Source: Psammoneis japonica | Lineage: Eukaryota | Length of the DNA stretch: 51,585 bases | Reading direction: 5' to 3' | NCBI GenBank assembly: GCA_008632985.1 | Contig: QPGO01000065.1 | Location: 372,001 to 423,585 of the forward strand | Shown here: in pieces, positions 35,520 to 46,697 of the stretch | Numbering within the stretch: position 1 is the first letter of the stretch | How the letters are laid out: every line of letters begins with the position of its first letter | Notes under the pieces: generated by a model | What the model was told of the DNA's origin: nothing | The model's input: only the letters and a program-made list of their open reading frames with translations | Database searches by the model: none | Made by a program: the position numbers and the translations under genes

Positions 35520-38370
35520 CGAGTCGATCGATTCAAATTTCATCAGAACAACCTCCCGCAGGAGTGTCCAAAGATTGTGATGGGCAAAAAGCACCAAACG
35601 CCAAACACCACCGGAATTTGGTGAATCAACTTGCACTGCAGCTGCATTTTGAATTTGTTTGCGGTTGCACACTGCACCCCAGCGCAAGAGCTCAATCTTT
35701 CTCAGCCTCTCACTCGACCGCCGCCATGTGCACTGGAGATGCTCTGGCATCTTCAAGTCTTTCATGCACTGGCTGCAAACCACACAACACTCAAACAATG
35801 TGCTCAAGGACGTTGCAACAATTTGCACTTAACTTGAACTCTCATCAAAGATCAAAGGCACCTTGCAATCAAAAGAGCTGCTGTGTGAAGATCTGCCACT
35901 CCAGCCAACAAAACTGACACACGCTGGGGCTTGTGCCACCCCCCCCCCCCCCCCCAACACCAGCAAAAACACACCAACCCACAATTGTCCTCCAAAGCCA
36001 CTGCTGCAGGAACAGGAAAAAGGCACTTTGCTGTGCCAGCCCCAGTGTCTGAAACTGAATCTTCATCATCACAGTGAAGCACAAAAGTCAACCAGCTCTC
36101 ACAGCTCTCAGCTGCATTCAACCAGCCCCAGCTGTGCACAAAAGTGATTTGTGCTTTGGCACATCTCACCAGCATGATGTGGCACACATCCTGGCAGCAA
36201 CAGTGCTCTGTGCAGGTGGGGGGGGGGTGTCTGCCATTGGTTTGAGGAGATTGACACAGCGCACTGATTTGGTCTCCAGGGGTTCTCTGGTTGCCACACG
36301 TGGCACACAAATGATTGTGTGCCTCAACTGGATTCCAGCAGGGCAAGCTCTTTCTGCATTTTGTCATTTTCATCTGCTCACCTGCTCACCAAAGGCTGCT
36401 GTTGTGCTTGTTTGAGCTGTGAGGTGGTTGATCATCTTGTGTTGTTGGCTGTTTCCATCTTGCACTGTTGGCTGTTTCCAGATGTTTTGTTTGGCTGGGC
36501 AGCTTGCAATCATTGTGGTGCATCATTTTTTGGCCATTGCACTTTTGGCTGAGTGCATGCTTTCTGAGCAAAACTGTGCAACAGAGCCTGCCTTGGGGAC
36601 AATTGTGACACACTTGCACTCATCAGACAGGCTTGACATGTGGGCCAAACAAGGTGTCCCTGTGAGTGCAGCATCTGGCTGTTGCCGTGCAAGTTGTTTT
36701 CATGAAATTTGCAGTGCCTCCCATCATCATCAGGTTTGGCAGCACCTTTCTGATCAGCAAATCCTTTCTCGTTGGACATGTGCTGAATGACATCTTCCAA
36801 AGAATCAGTGCTGACATCCTTTCCAGCACGTGCATGATTCTGTTTCCACGTCATCGGCATGCCTGTAAACATGATGTTCTTGATCTGCTGCTCATTGAGC
36901 AAAGGTTCAGCTCCAGGTGGCTTGTCAGCACAACGTGACATTTGAGTCATCCTGTCAGCATGCTCGCGAGGAGAATCACCAAAAGGTTTAGAAGAATTTT
37001 TCAAAAATTCAAACATCGCATCACGTGCTTGATGATCGCAGCATCGCTGACAAAAGCGTGCGATTTCCACATCAAACCTGGCCATTGTCCGATCTGCTTC
37101 CGTGACACCCGAAACCAAGTTGCTCCATGCGTCTTGAGCATTGTCTTCTGACACTTCTTCAAAATGGGTGAATTTTTCAGGTCCTTCATCACAATCCAAA
37201 CACTCGGCACAGTTTTCAAAACGCTCTGCAGCGCAGAGCAAACACTTGATGCCGCACTTGCCGGTGAGCTGAGGGCACATTTTCTGTTTCTCAGTGCCAT
37301 CATCGCAGCTCTGTGCGAGTTTCACTTTGTCCAAATCTCCGTGTTTGAAGGTTGGTTTGTGTGCAAAGCACGGTGCTCTCAGCGAAGCTCTCACCAAGTG
37401 CGACATTGCGCTTGAGTTAAAGGATGCACAGCAAAGAAAAGAGAAGGAAAGAACAAGACACAGTGTGATCACAGTGAACGGTCTTGACAAGTTGTCCACG
37501 AATGCTTTCTAAAAATTGTGGGAAAAGCTGCAATTGACTGCAGCCACAGTGTTCGGGTTTCTGTCACAGAATTTCTTCGAGGTGTCAACAATCCGGGTCA
37601 CTCGAATCTCCCGAATCTTGCAGCTGCTGACGCAATTGTGACGCAGAAGTTTGCTTCACAGGTGTCCTCAATTCCGGGTGACCAGGGAGACCCGCGTAGA
37701 GTCCCACACAATTTTTGTTCCACATGTCTTTCACAACACACCGCAAAGACCAACCATGAGCACCGGCCGCACTGTCACCATCACCCGCCATGCGGTGCCG
37801 GCAAATGCCAAGCGATGCGCAAGCGAACCACCTGGGGCCCTAAAGAGGCTGGTCGCAGGCCCGCTGCAAGCACTTGATGTCACAATGGTGAGCTCAGCAT
37901 GTCTGATTGGGGGGGAAAGACAAAGAACAATCATCCTTCGACGGATCGAAAAGGTCGTGCAAACATTGATGTCGGTTCGCTGCAGCATGTGCTGGTTTTG
38001 TGCAGATTGGTCGGAGACATTTCTGCACGGACTCTCCTGCGGAAGTGCATGACCTTGCATGCGGTGCATGGGTGTTTTGATGATCCTCGTGTTTGAAGAG
38101 TCTAAAGAAACGAAACCAGCTGTTGTCAGTGCACGCGTGCTGGCCTGTTCGTTCGCACCAGCAGCAGCCGCACTCGCCCCTGCAGGGATGGTGAGGGAGT
38201 CCAGTGACAAAGTTTGCACCACCCCAGGAACGCAAGGGAAACAAGTGCGGCAGTTTGAACAGTCAGCAGAACCACAGCGACAAAGTTTGCAGCCCCCCGT
38301 GAACCTCGCGAAAAGTTTGCAGCCCCCCAGGAAAGCAATGGCGCGGCGCGGAGGAACCACCGCGAAAAAG
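35520..38370. other. TpA-depleted domain E
   Basis: TA nearly absent and CG partly depleted. Contains the gag relic, and the right edge falls inside a tandem array. Confidence 0.88.
36510..37406 (-). mobile_element. gag: Ty3/gypsy-type LTR retrotransposon gag relic
   Basis: KFTHFEEV...AQDAW...ARDAMFEFL...KP..SPREHADRM..MSRCADKPPG...LNEQQIKNIMF.GMP.TWKQNH.RAG resembles stramenopile gypsy gag. Zero Tyr in the 329-aa ORF. No pol or paired LTRs found. Confidence 0.75.
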
Positions 38371-38640
38371 TTTGTAGCCCCCAAGGAACCCCCACGAGAA
38401 AGTTTGTAGCCCCCCAGGAATGCAATCGCGAGAAGTTTCTAAAGCGTCAGGAATCATGATGGAAAACTTTGTAACCCCCCAGGAACCCCCGCGCAAAAAT
38501 TTGTATCCCCCGAGGAACCCCGGCGAGAAAGTTTGTATCCCCCCAGGAACGCAATCGCGAGAAGTATGTCAGCCAGGAATCACAATGGAGAACTTTGTAT
38601 CCCCCCAGGAACCCCCGCGAGAAAACTGGTATCCCGCGGA
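38205..38640 (+). repeat. Minisatellite of ~30-32-bp units (aaagtttgtagccccccaggaacccccgcg) with a ~130-bp higher-order period
   Basis: About ten recognisable units between 38209 and 38635. Resembles transposon subterminal repeats. Confidence 0.88.
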
Positions 38641-39276
38641 TGGCAATCTTGCTAGACTACAGAGCTTAATATTGCATATGGGATTCAACGGATGTGAAGT
38701 ACGTATATATTTATGCTTTAGGATTTGTATAAAAACTATTAAAATAATTAAGATATACACATCTTATATAAAAGCGAGAATGACCCTCACCGAAATTTTA
38801 ACGCGAAAAACGACACGGCCATGGCGATGAAAGCCGCTCGCGTTGCTCCACAGTTTGATATGCTACAAAACCAAGGAATGAATCAACGCGTATTATTACG
38901 TAGATATTAAATTACAACAATGTATACGATCGGTGGTAACCTTGGTACTCAACTCGAAGGCGTACTCTTGACACCAAAAATGACGCCCTGTAGAAACCAT
39001 ACAAATTCTACACAGAAATGAAATCACCAATCAACGACCCTGTTACAAACGGCGACCGGCAACGCTACACAAACAACCTCAGCAATCAACCAACATGTCA
39101 CGAGGTTTGTTAGACAATGAATGAGACGACCCTATCAATAAAAGTGCCATACCACACAAACGGCGACGACAGTGAGCGGGTCATTGTCGATGATGGCGTA
39201 TTTATGCGACTCGATGGCCACGGATTGAGATTTCACGCTGTGGGGGTAAAAGCGAAGACACACGGGCAGACGAAAA

Positions 39277-39299
39277 ATGCATGACCTTCGGTCATGCAT
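39277..39299. other. Perfect hairpin at the duplication breakpoint
   Basis: atgcatgacc-ttc-ggtcatgcat (10-bp stem) ends where copy 2 of the duplication begins. Confidence 0.8.
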
Positions 39300-40099
39300 A
39301 GAGGAGGGAAGACATTTCTACACTTAAAAGGGGGGAAGAAGGGTCATTGCTCTTTGTTACGTTTGCTGTCAGTTGACACTTTCCTCATGGATTCTCATGG
39401 ATCCTCTTCCTACAAATCTACGAGCGGAACTGAGTAGGGCGGAGCAAGGTCACTATTACAAAAAGTCATTTTCATATACTGCGTTTGCTTCGTATAAAGT
39501 ACGAGAGAAAGTCATTCAATTGAAAAAACGGTCATTTTCTCAGTCATCCACACGAATCCACATGGTATAAATCTACGTACGAGAAATCAACGGTCAATGC
39601 GAAGAGTCATTCTCTAAACTCCGATTCCTTCGTACAATGTACGTGAAAAGTCATTGAAAATTTCAAAATTTCCATGAGGATGACTGAGGATTCGTGAGGA
39701 TCCGTGAGGATCCGTGAGAAAAAAAACACACGACACAAACCCGACCCCCAGGTCGCTGTTATGAGCTTAGCATCCAACGCCGTCGCGATCGCTGCTTTCT
39801 GTGGTTGTACTAGTACGTAGGTGTCGTGTGACTGAACCGTCACTTCAGCTGGGATCGAAGACATGTCGAGACCGCGACGCTGTCCCAGCCGACGGACAGT
39901 GGTCCTTGCTACGACAAGAACAAGAAACCCTGCCAAATCACCGATTTCTTTGGATTGTTGGATGCCCCCCAATAGGAAGCGGTGACAGGAGTAGCTGTGG
40001 CCAGTAAGGAGGACAAGATTGATGACTACCAGCTCCATACCTGCCTCAGCAACCTGAGTTCGATACCTTCCCGATGGCAGCCCAGAGCCCCGCGGGGTG

Positions 40100-41171
40100 G
40101 CGATGTCACGCCGGGACAACATATTCCACTCAACATGGAGAAGATCGAGGCCAATCGTAATTTTGCAAACAAGCTTTGGAATTGTTGCAAGTTTGTAAAG
40201 GGCAGCGCTCTGAGAGACTTGAGCGAATCGAACTTATCTGAGCGGAGTGTAGATGGACCGATGACAGAAGAAGAATTCAATGCTCTTTCTCTACCGGAAC
40301 GCTATATCATCACGACATGCCATCGTCTTGTGGTTTGGTGACGGATGAAATCGAGAGGTACCAGATAGTGGCTGCTGGAAGCAAGGTGAGCTTCTAAAGA
40401 CAGACAACGAATCTGGAAATGGCTGTTATCTAACTGAGACACCGCTCATTGTTTTTACAATTCTATGGGTTTTTTGTGGAATCAATATGCAGACTGGTAA
40501 GTTGAAATTTCGAAGACTCACCTTTACGAAGGAGCAGGAGCAGGCGAAAAAAAGAGGACGCTAAAGCGCCGCTCGACGTGTTCTTGTCTGTGTTTTGGAC
40601 ACGAGTTTGCGTCTGCTACACCCCTAAATGCCTTACGTGACTGAGACTTGCGGATTGACCTCGGATGGAAGCTGTAAGAACTTTCGAATGTTTTCAGGCT
40701 CTTATTCGAAGTATCCGTAACGCGAGGGCTGAGTACAACGTTAAGTCGGGGAGCGAATCAGGGCAACTGTAGTCGCGAGCGAAGATCTGCTTGAGGATAT
40801 TGAAACAGAGCTCAAATCTCTTTTTGCTCTTGCTAAGCTCGACCCGGATAAGGTAGCTGTGCATGCAGCTGGAAGTAAAGATGCCAAAGAAACGATGGAG
40901 ATTGGCGAGTCTGTTAAGATTGTAGTCCAAGATGGCGTTAAAGCGAATTTGCCGCTCTCGGGATTGATTGACGCTGAGAAGGAACGCCAGTGGTTGCAAA
41001 AACAAAGCGAAAAGCTGACAATGGAGATCCAGAAGCTTACATGGAGATTGAAGTCCAGTGGATTTGTTGATAAGGCACCTGCTGCTGTAGTACAGCAAGC
41101 CAGGATTAGCTTGCAACACTGGAAGATCAATTTTCCTAAATCAAAAGCAGCCTTTTGGCACTTCCCAAGTA
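40100..41171 (+). pseudogene. valS: Valyl-tRNA synthetase C-terminal fragment, copy 2
   Basis: Same motifs and stops as 23405-24474. Confidence 0.92.
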
Positions 41172-41674
41172 GAACTCTCAGATTTCGTCTTATCTATATA
41201 TCTCTCTCTCTAGCTAGTTCAAAACTAACTTCACGTCTTCTTCCCCAGATTTAATGATTGAGGAAGGGGTAATGGCAACTGAATACTGAACAAGACACAT
41301 TGTCAAGAACAGAATAAGGCGAGCGAAGCTTACAATTGAACAGCCGACTATTACAAACTACTCTCCTTGGTAGAGGGAGTTTTAGCATTACTTTCGAACA
41401 TACAAACTTAGTCGATTGCAATTGTACGACGTCGATGGACGTTCCTATGCCAGAATTGCAAAATATGCTTTGTAATGATGTTCAATATTCAGTATATCTC
41501 AACTTGACTACGGTAGCATAGTACTCTACAGAATAAGGCAATCAAAGGGAACCGCCGACTATTACAAATTACTCTCCCTCGTGCTCATCGAGGGAGCATT
41601 AGTATTAGTTTCAAACATACATACATGTGCTAGATGGACGTTGCTAGAGGGCCCAGTAGCAACAACATCGCGAC

Positions 41675-42790
41675 TTAGGCAAGACGGGTCTTGCCTTGTT
41701 CCTCGCGACCGCGAAGCTTCAGCTCCAGCTCCAGCTCTGCAATGCGCTTAACGAGGAAAGCACGATCCGCATCCTCACAAGAAGCTGCTTCCTCGATGCG
41801 AGGCATGGTGCGAGCACGCTTGGAAGGGGACTCAAAAGAGCTGGCATCCTCTGCCTCAGCAATGCTTGGAGATTCCACAGTGGGTGGCTTCCTACTAGAC
41901 TTGACAGGGGTGGGAGGCACACGCGCGCCCCATTCGAGGAGGCCAATGTAGGTTGCAAAACGTTTGGCGAGTTCCCAGTGCTTTTCGTTCGGGCGGCGGA
42001 AGGCGAGGATTTGAGCGGGACCGTAGGTTTGAACAAACTCCGGGTCATCAAACGGAAGCGAGCGGAAACGTCGGTCTCTTCCCCACCCCAGTTCTTCACA
42101 GCATACATGAGATCCTCGATTGCGTCGACACTGTACTTGAGGTAAATGTCCATCGCAGACCTAACCTTGAGCGCAGCCGGGACATCTGACGCATGAAACT
42201 GTAGCAGCAACGGCTCAATATCTGCGCCGACTGGAACTGTCCCCAAAAAGAAGGTGTGAGCGTTCCACTCGCGGGTCAAGTCGTTGTGTTCCGCCCTCCA
42301 CTCGTTCTCAGATTCTTCGGCCAGATTAATCGCGTCGTCCTCGCGCTGCAGCTCCGCCTCCATCATCGTCACAGCAGCCGTCGAGCGCGCCAACCGCTCG
42401 CGATCTTCGGCCTCGGTAGCCCTTGCTTCAGCCAACGAAGCTGCCCGCTTTCCCCTCGCCTCGACAGCTGCCGCCTTCCGCTGGCTCAAACGTAATCCTT
42501 CGGCCTTGCTTGCCCTGCGGTAATACGACAAACAGCAATACCAAGAGGTGAGTATCCTCGGAACCTCAGAACAAAAGTCGGTGCGAATTAGCAATCATCA
42601 GCACAAAAACTCACTCGAATTTCGCGTCGTACTCTCGCCGCACGGTCACAGGGTTCCTCGTCGAGTTTTCCAGCACGACGTTCTTCGCCCTCTCCTCCGC
42701 AGGAAGCAATACATGGGTGCCGAGCGTCAGGAGAAGAGCCTTCTTCCACTCCTCTTGCGCGTAAAACGTTGGGCTGAACCTCATGGACAT
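41675..42790 (-). CDS. Orphan spliced gene, copy 2
   Basis: Same as 24979-26094 but with a different single frameshift, near 42065. Confidence 0.65.
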
Positions 42791-44229
42791 GGCGGATGAT
42801 GGTACGGATATGATGTGCAATGGACTCGTCGCAAAGAGAAAATTATGAGAGCAAGGAATGAGCAGACTGAATGAGCAGTCACGGGAAATTTACGGACATG
42901 AGTTGCTGGCGGCATTTATGAACCACCAGGACGCGTCTCCTTTTTTCCCTCCGACGTTTGTTGCAGACAGAATCGGGAGTGTGTTTGATGTATTTGATTT
43001 TTGTCCAACGAGTTTGTGCGTCAATTGATGAGTGAAGGAGCCACGGTCATAACATCCCGTTCGTCGACTCGCGAAAAGCCTTGTGCTGGACTCTGTCATT
43101 AACAGCCGACAAAAGTATGGGGTACAATTACTATGTCACTTCTCGGATCTGGAAACGAATGTTACCCTCACTTGTTGTAATCTGACTGTGCGCTGCTGCT
43201 TTGTAGAACGTCGAACCTGCTCATCGTCTCATCGTCAAGTTTCTTGGAGCAAATTTCCAAATTCTCGAATTTCAAAATCACATGTGGACGAGAGACATGC
43301 CACGTGGAAGCAAAAACGTTCATCTGTATTTTGATTTCGCACCCAAACAAACCGCCAAGCGAACTCACAAGGATACAGTGCCCTCGGTAAACACACACCC
43401 ACCGTTCTCCTCTCTCCTCTCGCCTTGACTTACCTCAGTAGTCTATTTTAGGGCTACCGGTACAAGCTTTATTGCTAAAGGCTTACCTGGTATCCTCAAG
43501 CACGATACGAATGCCATTCTACCACTAGGGCCCTAAGACACGTGGCAGAATGATGCCTGATGTTCGCCACGAGAACGCTGTGGGCTGGACTCTGGCGCAT
43601 CAATCCGCGCAGACGCACAGAGTGTTGAAAATCCTCAAGTAAGTGTTGGAACTCATTCTCCAGAATCATCCGGCCTCGGCTTGAATTATGATAAGGACGA
43701 CAAGGGTGATCTTCCTATATCGTTTGATCCCAATTTTGGTGGTGGTCTACATGCAAACGAAGAAGAACAGCAACGGAGGAGCTCTCTTTCCAAAGCTGTT
43801 TTGTTTAATCAAGGCCATGCGGTTTGGAAAGCTCCATGCATTCGATTTATTTGCACGTATGGAATTGATTCAATGTGCAGTAATGCAATACCCGGATGAA
43901 CTGCAACACATCGATCATACAAAAGGCAACACGCCTCTTCACGTGGCATGCATGGCTCCTCCAGTGCTACAAGTCGGATGCTGTTGTAGTGGGTTGACGA
44001 GGATGCGACCGGCTGTCTTTTTTGAAACAGCATCCCGAGGCGGCCAAGGTGCGAAACCGTGAGGGACAATTTCCGCTGATGGTTGCACTGGAGCACAGCA
44101 AGGACGATGCGGAGCACGCGGCTGCATCGTTGGCTGGGGTTATCTTTACGCCAGTGGTGAGCTCACCCTAGCTTTTGTTCTGTGCGTGTTCCGTTGTCAA
44201 TGCTTGCCAATACCCACACTTTCCTGTCA

Positions 44230-45040
44230 GGTGCAAAAATCAATGATGAAGTTCGATAACGTAAAACAGGCGGCTCATTCGGACTCTTCGTTTACCGCTG
44301 GGCCTCTCCGTGCAGCAAGAAGAGCAACCAGTACAATACAGCACGCAGTGGATAGGTGGGTCTTAGTGTTGCGAATTGTGGACGTTGACGCACACCACGG
44401 AAATGCCGTAAGTATTTGATGGGTAGTGTCTTGGTCTTGATTCGAACGATTCTCACAGAGTTTATTTTCTTTTGTTTTCGGTGGACGGAAGAAATTGTGA
44501 AAAAGTGCTACGACCCGGGGAGGCTGTTCTCTTTTATATCCACCTCTATGACAACGACAAGAGAAGAGGCAACGCTTACAAGCTTTACCCGGGGAGTAGT
44601 GACGCTCACAATATCATCAACGTCCCTATCACTCCACTGTGGAAGCAACAACGAGACAGCCCCTCGCAAGTTCCGGCTGCTCCCAAAACATTTCACAATA
44701 CACGCAGAAAAGTGAAGGAGGCGGCCGCCGCCGCTACGTTCCATCCACCACCACCCTTCGGGACAATTCCGCACCGTTGTCATCTCCTCTACCACCAATA
44801 GGCGATTCTCCGCGAGATTTTGTGGGGCTATGAATCGTCGTCGGAGCATGGGGGTGGAGGTCTCGAAAGCGCTCGAACAAGTGACGTAGAAAGTGTGTCT
44901 CAAAGAAGTGCAACTGTTACATCAAAGCCGGGGAGTGCACGGTTCCTTTCTGGATCTGGGCGGCATACGTACCGACCGGCAATTCAGCATCACCTCTTAC
45001 CTGCTCTCCGTGCTTTTAACCCCGGTCTTATCTTAATCAG
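44230..45040 (+). pseudogene. HDAC fragment, copy 2
   Basis: IVDVDAHHGN, IHLYDNDK..YPG and LLPALRAFNPGLILIS. Confidence 0.88.
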
Positions 45041-45054
45041 TGTCCACGATGCGT

Positions 45055-46142
45055 CGCCTCACGTTCTCTCCAATGAACCGCCGTCCGAAGGAAGTGCACC
45101 GCGTCATACGCAATTTCTGGATCTGACCAATGGCGAAGGAGGAGGCGGTGAAAGCTCGTTTAGCCCAGAGAGTACAGCAGAAGAACTTCGGCCTGAATCT
45201 ACAATTACTAGTCCTACTGCCAGCAGTATGAAACGTCCCGCACGATTTGACCCAAACACGCCCGGTAGAGTGGTGGGTGGTGGAAGCTGGCCAAGAACTC
45301 ACGGGGCGCTGGACTCGAGAAGATCACGAAGCGTTCCTTAGCGCTCTTCAACTGAATGGGAAAGAATGTAGAAAGGTAGCAGCCAAGGGGAAGACGAGAA
45401 CGGTGGTTCAGACAAGGACTCATGCGCAGAAGTACTTTCAGAAAGTAGATACGGTGATGAATGGTGCGGAGGGTAAAAAAGGAGAAGTCGCGCATGTTGA
45501 AATGGGGGTCGCCGTAGAGGCCAAGAAGGCCAGTGCACAAAAGAAGAAACGTTTACCCCGTCAGCAGTCTGCTTCGACTCAGGCAGCCGCGCATCTCATG
45601 ACTAATTTGTCATCGGTGCCTCAAACTGTAGCGTCGGTGAGTCCGTATGCTTCTTGTGGCGTTCCCGCTACCCATGGTTCGGGTCACTTTCCCAATCCTC
45701 ATGGATTCTCCACATCGTCGTCGGGAGCGCCGAATGAGCAACCCCTCCGACAACTGTATTCAGTGTCGTATCAAGGGGGCTTTGGGCCAATGCAGATTAA
45801 GGCTTGTGACCCAGATTCTGCCTTTGCGCGAGGAAAATTCCCCGAACCATCACCGGCAGCGTGTGGGAAGAGGAAGGTGGCAGAGATTGCCGCGGCCCGA
45901 ATGCTTGCCGATGTGGCGGCGAGTGGGGGTAGCACAGGAAAGGCAAAGAAGAAGCGCTCCTCTCTTGCGGGTGACGAAAGTCCACCTCCTCATGATGCTG
46001 AGAAGGGTCCGGCTGCTAGACGCAACGTGGCAAAGGGGCTCTCGCTTCAGATCGTGAACCCGAGTCTCTGGGTGTGCCGCATTCGGGAAACAAGAAAAGG
46101 AGGGGTATAGATGGAGAGGCTTCTCCGACAACTCCGTGGGAT
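45055..46142 (+). pseudogene. SHAQKYF-class Myb fragment, copy 2
   Basis: GRWTREDHEAFL...RTHAQKYFQK in ORF 45247-46110. Confidence 0.88.
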
Positions 46143-46697
46143 GTGGTCAGTGGCCTTTTTGGAAGGGATATGACGATTGGATATTGATCAGTCTCCTTGG
46201 TTTCTTGGGGATGCTCTTTGTTTCTTTGGGATTGTTGGGGAGTGGCAAGCACAAGTACAATGCGCAACTGTTTGCGTTGTACAACACACTCACACCACAA
46301 CAACTTTTTCTTCTGCATTGAATCAAGTACAAATTGAAGCCTTGGAGTATGTTTTTCCATATGCAAGGGAGAAATGAATGTCATGGATCATTACGTCAAT
46401 GATGGACGTGATCTCGGGACGGAATAACGACCCAACAATAACGATGATTCCTTGTATGATTTGAATTTTACACAAGAACAAGATGATGACGAAGAACGAA
46501 TTCATGTAGTGGTGCATCATCAAGATGACGACAACGAGAGTGACGAACTTAACAACAAGAAAAAGCAAGACGTAGAGTTGAGTACCATTCGAGAAGCAGA
46601 CAAACCCAATAGCTCAAGACTGTGATGACAAGGAAGACGACAAGGACGCTGTCGTGGGCGTTCTTTCGAGGAGTCGACTCAACTACGTCGTCTCGCN

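Larger units (their letters stand above)
39299..46696 (+). repeat. Copy 2 of the duplication (valS, orphan gene, ankyrin-like, HDAC, Myb and FEX fragments)
   Basis: Near-identical to 22600-30000 with scattered SNPs (clustered in valS) and 1-bp indels. Confidence 0.95.

Noticed and set aside
35560..37740. Full-length LTR retrotransposon around gag
   Set aside because: No matching LTR pair, primer-binding site or RT/integrase motifs could be found by eye.
38205..38640. ~30-bp repeats resembling a CRISPR array or a coding repeat (ORFs 38059-38409 and 38420-38830)
   Set aside because: The units are contiguous and degenerate without spacers, and the reading frame is not conserved between units.
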